Virus record (IMG/VR): IMGVR_UViG_3300009610_000019
Reading direction: 5' to 3' (one strand)
Source of the DNA: a virus
DNA: 45,931 nt
Within the stretch, counting starts at the first letter, position 1; every line of letters begins with the position of its first letter. Positions 39,136 through 45,931 of the stretch are shown in pieces. Below the pieces are notes generated by a model. It did not search any database. It had not been told where the DNA came from and saw only the letters and a program-made list of their open reading frames with translations. Position numbers and translations under genes: made by a program.

Positions 39136-39620
39136 GCGCGGAGGACTGGGTCGGGGCGATCTCCGCAACCACGGTGTTCCTGTTCGTCGCGTGGTGCATG
39201 TTGGACTTGTGGCGTACAAGGGAAAAACAAAGGGAGCCCTCAATGGCAGAAGCAGGAGTGAAGGTCGAGGTTGTGGAGCCGAAGGTGAGGTTCAGCATCG
39301 TGCGAGATTACGGCGCGGGCGTCAACACCTACGACTTCACCGAATCCGAAGCCCGCGCGATCTACGGTGGGCTGGCGGTGCACTTCGGAGATCCCTGGAG
39401 CACGACGTTTGAGAAGAAGGACGCCGAGATCGGCAGACTAAAAGCCGAGGGTGCTCTGCTTCGCAAGCGGGCCGAAGGCTTGGTGGCCGAGGACGCGCGC
39501 CTGCGCGACTGGATGCTGTACTGGAAACGCAACCTTGCGGTGTTCGGCGGAGGGCGAAACGAGATTGACAGCGCGCTGGAAGGCTTCTCGGCGCCGGAGT
39601 CGCAGATCAAGATTCGGTAG
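39132..39620 (+). CDS. N-terminal TM plus coiled-coil protein, 162 aa (i-spanin-like topology)
   Basis: TM segment VGAISATTVFLFVAWCMLDLW, followed by EKKDAEIGRLKAEGALLRKRAEGLVAEDARLRDW. Confidence 0.4.
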   Translation: MSAEDWVGAISATTVFLFVAWCMLDLWRTREKQREPSMAEAGVKVEVVEPKVRFSIVRDYGAGVNTYDFTESEARAIYGGLAVHFGDPWSTTFEKKDAEIGRLKAEGALLRKRAEGLVAEDARLRDWMLYWKRNLAVFGGGRNEIDSALEGFSAPESQIKIR

Positions 39621-39681
39621 TCTGGTAGAATCGGGAATCGGAGGATCGAAGTGGACCGTGAAACCTGGAGGAAGCTCACAG

Positions 39682-40956
39682 ATGACGAGAAATGGACGCT
39701 ATTTTCTGATGTTCGCGGGATTGCTCGCGCTGCTTGCCACGGCCTGCAAGGAATCCATGACCTCGAACGGACCTGGCAAGACTTCGCCGCCGACCGTGGC
39801 GACCGCCGTGACGATGAGCCCGAGAGTGTGGGCAATCCGCAAGAGCACGTGCCAGGACTGCCACACCCGGACCTATAACGGCAACTACACGGCCGGCATC
39901 AACATGCTCACCAAGACGAGCCTCGACGACTCGCAGATGCAGACGTTCTACGACGCCATCAGCTACGAGAAGGCGCCGGCCGGGTATCACATCACGAGCG
40001 AGGCGGACCGCGAATCGCTGTTGACGTGGGCCTACGAGAGAGGGGCGACGGCCTACGACCTCTACATTCCGAGCACGCTCACCTGGAGCCAGGCGACGCA
40101 GCAGAGCGGGGCGTCGAACGGGAGCGACGGGAATGCGGCTGGCAGGTACTACAGCCTGACCATCGAGGACCTGTTTCGCCCGGACATTTGGATCGAGAAC
40201 TACACGTCCGGCAGCCCGCAGAGCTTGACGAAGCAGTGCGTCACGTTGCAGGACTATCACACCGTCGATGCGGATTCGTTCGCGCATTCCGACAGCCCGG
40301 TGGACTACATCGTGCCGGATGGGTTGGCGTTCAACGGCCGTATCAAAGAATTCACGGCCGGTGGCTACGTCGTCCACAACAAGCACATGGGGTTCTTCTT
40401 CCATTCGCGGCTGTTGAAGAAGGGCGCGAGCCCAAACAACGCCCGCGACGGGCGGACCTATGTGCGGCTCCAGGTGGATCGTGACTACTTCGCGTTCCGT
40501 GGCAAGAGCGAGGCCGTCCACGATGAGGTCGAGACGTACCCGTGGAACACGGCTCCCGCCGACCCATTCCTGGTGAATCAGCCCGGCTATCACAAGGGCA
40601 CGCGGGCGGATTACTCGCAGACGCCGGTCGATTCCATGTTCCTGCTCGACAACAGGTACTACTGGGTGCAGATGAGCGCCGGTATCGTGAGCGGGAAGAT
40701 GCGGTACCACGCGACGCTCTGGACGGAGAAGCCGGCCAACGGCGGCACCATGATTTCGGAGATTGGCGCCGAGCGCGACGACGACGACGAAGCCTACGGC
40801 GGCTTCGGCTTCTTCACCTACGACACCAACAGCACGAGCAAGAAAGATCGTTGGGCAGAGTGGTACGTCGCCGCCAGCAGCATGCACGGCCAGGGCGGGC
40901 TCGGCGCTCCGAACGGCACCGGCTGCCGGCCGCCGTGTGAACTGGACCGCCCCTAA
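39682..40956 (+). CDS. secreted protein or lipoprotein with a CXXCH motif, 424 aa
   Basis: ATG 39682 after GGAGGA. Signal peptide MTRNGRYFLMFAGLLALLATAC, then CQDCH about 35 aa later. The track start at 39451 is rejected. Confidence 0.6.
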   Translation: MTRNGRYFLMFAGLLALLATACKESMTSNGPGKTSPPTVATAVTMSPRVWAIRKSTCQDCHTRTYNGNYTAGINMLTKTSLDDSQMQTFYDAISYEKAPAGYHITSEADRESLLTWAYERGATAYDLYIPSTLTWSQATQQSGASNGSDGNAAGRYYSLTIEDLFRPDIWIENYTSGSPQSLTKQCVTLQDYHTVDADSFAHSDSPVDYIVPDGLAFNGRIKEFTAGGYVVHNKHMGFFFHSRLLKKGASPNNARDGRTYVRLQVDRDYFAFRGKSEAVHDEVETYPWNTAPADPFLVNQPGYHKGTRADYSQTPVDSMFLLDNRYYWVQMSAGIVSGKMRYHATLWTEKPANGGTMISEIGAERDDDDEAYGGFGFFTYDTNSTSKKDRWAEWYVAASSMHGQGGLGAPNGTGCRPPCELDRP

Positions 40957-41288
40957 TGCCGACGCTCAACCAGCAGCAGTGGGAGTTTGCCGACATGGTC
41001 GGGGAACTGATCGAGCACGCGCGCTGGATGGGCTACCGGGTGGCGCTGGGGGAAGCCTGGCGCCATCCGGTGATGATCCTCTGGTACTTCGTCCGCGGGC
41101 TCGGCTCGAAGAACTCGTTCCACGGCAAGAAGCTCGCCATCGACATACTGCTGTTCAAGGACGGCGTGTACTTGACGCGGACCGAGGACTACCACGGGCT
41201 TGGGATCTGGTGGGAAAACCGCGGCGGGACGTGGGGCGGGCGGTTCAAGCGAGCGGACGGTAATCACTTTTCGCTTGGCGAGAAATGA
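40956..41288 (+). CDS. endolysin, peptidase M15 (VanY/L-Ala-D-Glu peptidase type), 110 aa
   Basis: NSFHGKKLAID (S.H....A.D) and GGRFKRADGNHF motifs. TAATG coupling to the upstream gene. Confidence 0.8.
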   Translation: MPTLNQQQWEFADMVGELIEHARWMGYRVALGEAWRHPVMILWYFVRGLGSKNSFHGKKLAIDILLFKDGVYLTRTEDYHGLGIWWENRGGTWGGRFKRADGNHFSLGEK

Positions 41289-41521
41289 GTGCGCGGTCGT
41301 ACCCAGAATGCCCGCAGTGCAAGTCGGAGATGACTTGGCTGCGGGCATTTTGTGTTCCGTGTGGTGCGGGTCCCATGTGTCCTACCTGTTATCGGCAGCA
41401 CCAATGCTCACTGGTGCGGGTTGAGGCGCTGCGCCCATCCCACGAGAGCGGTGCCGAACATGGACGCCAAGAAGGCGACGACGGCGATGGCGCCGAGCCA
41501 CTTGGCTTGCGCGATTCGTAG
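41285..41521 (+). CDS. Cys-rich zinc-ribbon protein, 78 aa
   Basis: CPQC...CVPC...CPTC motif. ATGA-coupled to the endolysin. The 3' 114 nt overlap the convergent gene 41408..41650. Confidence 0.5.
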   Translation: MSARSYPECPQCKSEMTWLRAFCVPCGAGPMCPTCYRQHQCSLVRVEALRPSHESGAEHGRQEGDDGDGAEPLGLRDS

Positions 41522-41650
41522 GCCGTCGATCTTCTGCTCGTGTTCCTTCTGTTTGAGGCTCACGGATGTCCTCCATTCATGTGCGCCGGCCCTCCACTGT
41601 TCGAGTTCCCGCAACCTTTGATCGAACGCTTCCCAGTCCCCTAGCGTCAT
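41408..41650 (-). CDS. coiled-coil protein with a C-terminal TM anchor, 80 aa
   Basis: ATG after GGGAGGG. TM segment WLGAIAVVAFLASMFGTALVGW. Last gene of the virion operon. Confidence 0.55.
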   Translation of the reverse strand: MTLGDWEAFDQRLRELEQWRAGAHEWRTSVSLKQKEHEQKIDGLRIAQAKWLGAIAVVAFLASMFGTALVGWAQRLNPHQ

Positions 41651-41703
41651 GTCTGTGGCCCTCCCACGTCCATCGAGGGGCGATTAGGCGAAAGATGGAC
41701 CAC

Positions 41704-44700
41704 TCAGTATCCGGATGACTCGCGCCTCTTTTCGACCTTGCGTCGCTCCTTCTCATCCTGTCGCAAGTCCGATCTGGCGGGGATGCCAAACCACGGACCC
41801 CAGAACGGCTCCGGCATGTTCTGAATCATAAACGACCGCGCCGCATCTGACTTGCCAGTCGCTCCGGTGCGGTAGGCGGCCTGCCCAGCGTCGGCTGCGG
41901 TGCCGAGCGTTGCGCCCAGGATCTTCTCACCCGCGTCGCGCCCGTAGGAGCCCGAGAAGATGTCGAAGGCTGCGATGAGCGACGAGTACATGCCGGCCCC
42001 TGCCATCGTCTCGATGATCTGGTGCGACAGCGGATCGTCCTTGGCGTTTTCGTCCTTGCGCAGGGCTGCGAGCGCCCGATAGATACCGTACCCAAGCCCG
42101 AGGCTTGCAGCCGTGCCGGCGAAGAGTTTCATCTGCGCGGCCTTGTTGCGGACGGTGCTCTTGGGGTCGGTGAAATTCCACTCGCGGTGGAACTCGGCCG
42201 TCGCCCGCAGGTTGAACTGCTGGAACTTGAACATCTCTTTGCCGATGGGGTGCTGCATGACGGCCGGCATGTCGCGCGGCTCGCTGCGCCCGTTGGTGCG
42301 CGCCACCAGCCACTCGGCGGCGTTGATCTTCAAGGCTTCGATCTCGGCCGCCGTGTGCGTCGGCTTGAGCGCAATCTTCTGTACAGCCGGGTCCTGCCAC
42401 AGCTCGCGCGCTACGTCCTGGTAGTAGTTCTTGTTGCCGAATCGGGTGGTCTGCCCAGACCTGATGGCGTGCTCGATCTCCGGGATGAGCGCGTGAATCG
42501 AGCGGCGCGCCCACATGCTCGCCTTGAGACGCGGCAGGCGGTCCAGCGGCGTCACCAGGTACGGGTACTTCAAGAGCATGTGCGTGCCCTTGCCGATGAT
42601 CCCGGAGAGCGACGAGAGGACGTGCGAATACTCGTTCCGCATCGCCGTGCCCATCTCATGCACAAACAGGTCGTGCTCCTCGTTGTAGAACTTCTTCCGG
42701 AACTCCTTCGGCAGGTGCGACTCGGAGACGGCGTACCGGAACGAATCGTTCATCGCCCGGAGCCCGTCGCGGTAGCGAACCGGGTACTTCATCTCGTTCG
42801 CCCACGTCGAGAGCTGCCGGATGCCGGCGCGCCCGAGCGACTTGACCGACACCAGGGCCGAGAGGTTGTTGAGCGCCTGGCTCGTGGTCTTGGGCGCCTG
42901 GTTGCTGGCGATGTCGAAGAGCGTCGCCATCGCGTCCGTGTTCTGCCGGTCGCCCTTCGCAACGTCCATGATGTCGCGGGCGAGTTCCATGTCGCCGCCC
43001 CACATGCGCGCCATCTCAACGCGGCGGATGATATTCGGGAAGTACATATCGAATAGCTTCACCGGGTCGAGCACCCGGCCGGACTTCACGTCGAGCAGCC
43101 GGTGGCGGTCCAGGAAGTTGGCGTGGCTGGCTTCCGGTTCCCCGATGCTGATGTTGAACAGCGGATCTTCGGCCATGCCGCTCATCTTGCTCAGGTGGTC
43201 GCGGACCTGTGCGCGCGTCATGTCGGGGCGGGCCTCGATGGCCTCGTCGATGATCTTCTCCTGGAGCGCCTGGGCGCGCTCGTACTTCTCCTGCCACGCG
43301 CGGACTCCCAGCCGGCCGATCTTCCGCGGCTCGGGCGTCAGGGCCTCGGGTGCAATGACCACCGGCAGGCCGTACATGGGCATCTCGACCCAATGCTTGA
43401 TCGTGTCGGTGGCCTCGACGGCGGTCGATGCGAGCTGGTCCGACCAGAACTTCGTCAAGGCGTCCGAGACGATGGATTCTTCCTTCGTGAGCCCCGCCAC
43501 ACGCCGGCCGTCGATCATGCGCGACGCCCAGTCTGCGATGACACGGACCTTGGTGTTGGCGTTCTCCTGTACGTCCTTCGGCATCGGCTTGCCGGAGACG
43601 ACGTGCTCCCAGAACGCCTCGAAGTGCTTCGTCTCCTTGGCGTTCATGGTGCGCGTGAAGTCGTCCTTGAGCCCGGCCTTCTCCTGCGCTTCGACCAGTA
43701 TGCGCTTGTACTCGAACAGGAGTCGGCCGGCGCGTGTGTTGACGGCCTGCTCCACGAAGTTGACGCCACGGTTCAACGCCTCGCCCGGTGCGCCGAACCC
43801 AGTGAGCGCGTGGCTTGCCGACTGGAGCTTGCGCGTAATGAGGTTCGGCTGGTGCGGCGCCGTGACGCCGGGTGCGTCGGAGCCCTGGAACAGATGCTCG
43901 CGCCCCAGGTCTGGCTCCAGGTCGCTCTTCTGGTACTGGACCTTGCGCTCGCTGGGCTGCTCGACCGGGCGGAAGATGCGATCCTCGCCCACGCCGATCT
44001 CCGGGAAGATTTGGTCGATGATGCTCTCGATGCGCCGCGGACCGGGCTGGCCGTTCATGGCGAGGCGTGCGCCTTCGGGCGTGTCCATCGGTCCAGGGCG
44101 CAGCGGGCCGCGGTCGAGTGGCGTGCGAGCCCACGCCTCGGCGCTCGCACGCTCGGCGCCCTTGAGGCGGCCGACCTGTGGCTTGCGCCCCCTCGGGAAG
44201 ATGACGAACGGCAGCCCCGCGAGCGCGACCTTCTTGGCTTCTTCGTCGTCCGATGCTAGGATGGTGCCCGCAACCGCCCCGGCCAGACCGTAAGCGATAT
44301 ACTTGCCGGAATCTCCCTTACGACCACCCTTCCGCTGACGGTTGCGGGTTTTCTCTTCGACCTCTTCGCGCTGGTTGTGACGCTCGACGGCGTCGGCCAG
44401 CTTGTCGGCAACGCGCCTGTCCTTCGCAGTGGATGGTCCCGCCTCGGGGGACTTGTCGGCCTTGTCTCCGAGAATGACCTTGGCGCGTGTGACGGCGCGC
44501 TTCTCGCGCGGCATGCTGTTCTTCTCGATGTCGGCGCTGACTTCGTGGACGGGGCGCGTGGCAGCATCGACGGCCTTCTCGACCATCGGTCCGAACTCGC
44601 GGCCGTACTTCTTGGCGAGGTAGTCGATGGCTTCCGGCGCGCTGGCGAAGATCGAGTCCCAGTTTTGGTTGACGAACTTCTCGACCACCTTGCGGTTGCG

Positions 44701-45931
44701 CTGCTCGGTGGTCATGCCCTCGTATTCCTTCTCGTTTCCACCGAGCATCCCGCGAATCCGCTCGTCCATGTACAACTCGTCGTTTGCAACCTCGTTCTGC
44801 GCGCGCGCGGCTGCGACGACCTCGCTGCGATTGAGGCGTCCCATGTTCGGCGCAAGGCCAGCCTGTTCCAGCGCGTGCTGCTCAAGCTGCATGCCACGCA
44901 ATTCCGCGGTGCTGGACTTGGCCTTGCGAAGCGACACTTCGAGGAACTGGTCGAAGTCTGGGCGCAGGTTCGGGTCCATTTCGTCCCAGGCGTCGAAGGC
45001 TTTGCGCGCGACCTCTCCCAGCTTATCGACGCGCTTCGGGTCGATCTTGCGAGCACCGTAGGCTACGGAGCCCTTCGCTGGCTTCGGCGGTTTGCCGGGC
45101 TTCTTCTCGACGGGCGGCGCCTCCGGCTTCGGCTGCTCGGCAACGGGCGCGACCTTCGGCGGCTCCGGCGGGGCGGCGGCCTTGACCGGCGGCGGGGACT
45201 CGCCGCGGCCCTTGAACGCGGCGCGCACCTTCCCGAACTCCGTGCGCTCCGTCTGCTTCGGTGCAGCGCGCAGCGGCTCGCGCGGGGTGGCGGCGACCGG
45301 CGGCGGCGCCGGAATCTCGCGGAGCGGACCTGCGACTTCGGTAGGCGCCAGCCGGCGGACCGTCTTGTTGAGCGCCCGCTGGGCCTTCTTCTTTGGCAAC
45401 CGCTTGGGACGGGTTGGTACCAGGCGTGACTCGGCGGCACGCTCGCCGGTCGGCAGGTTGGTCGGCGCCCCGGTCTTGCGGTACTTGGTCGCGGCGCGCG
45501 CGCCCGGCGGGGGCGGCTCTTGGCGGCCGGCCACGGGTGGCGGCTTCGTCCCACCGAACTTCGGCCCGAACTCGCGCGCCTGGATCTGGGTGCGCAACTG
45601 CTCGGCGGGCGACGGCGGCGGGGCGGGCGGCGGCGCCAACTCGCCTTCCATCGCGGCCACGTCCGCGTCTGTAGCCTCATCCAGCCGGAACCGCTTCATG
45701 CCGGGCTCGGCCTCGCCGCGGGCGGTGGCGCGTTCGAGCATGCGCGCCCTTGTCGTGACCGGCGGCTCGGCCCCGACCGGACTCGGCGGCGGTGCGACCG
45801 TAGGCCCCACGGGCGGCGGCTGGATGCCGCGGGCGCGCGCGTCCTCGACCGCCACCTCTTTGCGCAACTGCTCGGCGCGGGCCTGGTCCTCGCGGGCGGT
45901 GCGGATGATGGCGTCCTGCCTGCTCTCGTCC
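41704..45931 (-). CDS. giant virion protein, C-terminal part (continues upstream into 1..1847; 45809..45931 duplicates 1..123)
   Basis: The frame is open to the window edge. The track M at 45867 is an internal TTG (Leu). There is a Pro/Ala/Lys-rich low-complexity centre (about 45060-45700) and a long helical C-terminal region. Confidence 0.75.
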   Translation of the reverse strand, partial: DESRQDAIIRTAREDQARAEQLRKEVAVEDARARGIQPPPVGPTVAPPPSPVGAEPPVTTRARMLERATARGEAEPGMKRFRLDEATDADVAAMEGELAPPPAPPPSPAEQLRTQIQAREFGPKFGGTKPPPVAGRQEPPPPGARAATKYRKTGAPTNLPTGERAAESRLVPTRPKRLPKKKAQRALNKTVRRLAPTEVAGPLREIPAPPPVAATPREPLRAAPKQTERTEFGKVRAAFKGRGESPPPVKAAAPPEPPKVAPVAEQPKPEAPPVEKKPGKPPKPAKGSVAYGARKIDPKRVDKLGEVARKAFDAWDEMDPNLRPDFDQFLEVSLRKAKSSTAELRGMQLEQHALEQAGLAPNMGRLNRSEVVAAARAQNEVANDELYMDERIRGMLGGNEKEYEGMTTEQRNRKVVEKFVNQNWDSIFASAPEAIDYLAKKYGREFGPMVEKAVDAATRPVHEVSADIEKNSMPREKRAVTRAKVILGDKADKSPEAGPSTAKDRRVADKLADAVERHNQREEVEEKTRNRQRKGGRKGDSGKYIAYGLAGAVAGTILASDDEEAKKVALAGLPFVIFPRGRKPQVGRLKGAERASAEAWARTPLDRGPLRPGPMDTPEGARLAMNGQPGPRRIESIIDQIFPEIGVGEDRIFRPVEQPSERKVQYQKSDLEPDLGREHLFQGSDAPGVTAPHQPNLITRKLQSASHALTGFGAPGEALNRGVNFVEQAVNTRAGRLLFEYKRILVEAQEKAGLKDDFTRTMNAKETKHFEAFWEHVVSGKPMPKDVQENANTKVRVIADWASRMIDGRRVAGLTKEESIVSDALTKFWSDQLASTAVEATDTIKHWVEMPMYGLPVVIAPEALTPEPRKIGRLGVRAWQEKYERAQALQEKIIDEAIEARPDMTRAQVRDHLSKMSGMAEDPLFNISIGEPEASHANFLDRHRLLDVKSGRVLDPVKLFDMYFPNIIRRVEMARMWGGDMELARDIMDVAKGDRQNTDAMATLFDIASNQAPKTTSQALNNLSALVSVKSLGRAGIRQLSTWANEMKYPVRYRDGLRAMNDSFRYAVSESHLPKEFRKKFYNEEHDLFVHEMGTAMRNEYSHVLSSLSGIIGKGTHMLLKYPYLVTPLDRLPRLKASMWARRSIHALIPEIEHAIRSGQTTRFGNKNYYQDVARELWQDPAVQKIALKPTHTAAEIEALKINAAEWLVARTNGRSEPRDMPAVMQHPIGKEMFKFQQFNLRATAEFHREWNFTDPKSTVRNKAAQMKLFAGTAASLGLGYGIYRALAALRKDENAKDDPLSHQIIETMAGAGMYSSLIAAFDIFSGSYGRDAGEKILGATLGTAADAGQAAYRTGATGKSDAARSFMIQNMPEPFWGPWFGIPARSDLRQDEKERRKVEKRRESSGY
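45809..45931. repeat. second copy of the 123-bp terminal repeat
   Basis: Identical to 1..123. Confidence 0.95.

Overview
The window is a complete, circularly closed genome of a GC-rich tailed phage with a podovirus-like virion module. The first and last 123 bp are identical, leaving about 45,808 bp of unique sequence. Almost all of it is coding, and many genes are chained by 1-nt or 4-nt start/stop overlaps (ATGA, GTGA, TAATG).

Layout:
- Minus strand, 21.3 kb down through base 1 and on to 41.7 kb: packaging and virion operon. It holds a large terminase split into two genes, portal, scaffold, HK97-type capsid and a decoration-like protein. These are followed by two adaptor-plus-receptor-binding-protein modules, a nozzle-like protein and internal proteins. 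One of these is a giant gene of about 1983 aa that crosses the window junction.
- Minus strand, 33.6 to 21.35 kb: early/recombination operon. It holds a Rad52-type annealing protein, a Gp157-like protein, RusA, HNH, an ArdC-N-like protein and SSB. It also holds a second OB-fold protein, a protein with a histone-H1-like basic tail, many Cys4 mini-proteins and a glycoside-hydrolase-like protein.
- Plus strand, 24.97-26.76 kb: a small-protein operon.
- Plus strand, 33.76-41.5 kb: accessory/lysis operon. It holds secreted proteins and lipoproteins, an array of cassettes that all start MPGE, a protein carrying 32 copies of a 12-bp repeat, and an M15 endolysin.

I did not recognise any tRNA, rRNA, CRISPR array, integrase, DNA polymerase, primase/helicase, RNA polymerase, reverse transcriptase or small terminase.

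The most unusual observations are:
- a 12-bp repeat array that varies at only two nucleotide positions;
- the terminase split by a two-gene cassette;
- a 14-nt gene-junction motif repeated five times;
- a 720-bp noncoding island with iteron-like repeats and its own promoter;
- a secreted CXXCH protein next to the endolysin.

All functional calls come from motifs read by eye and from gene order. No database search was run.
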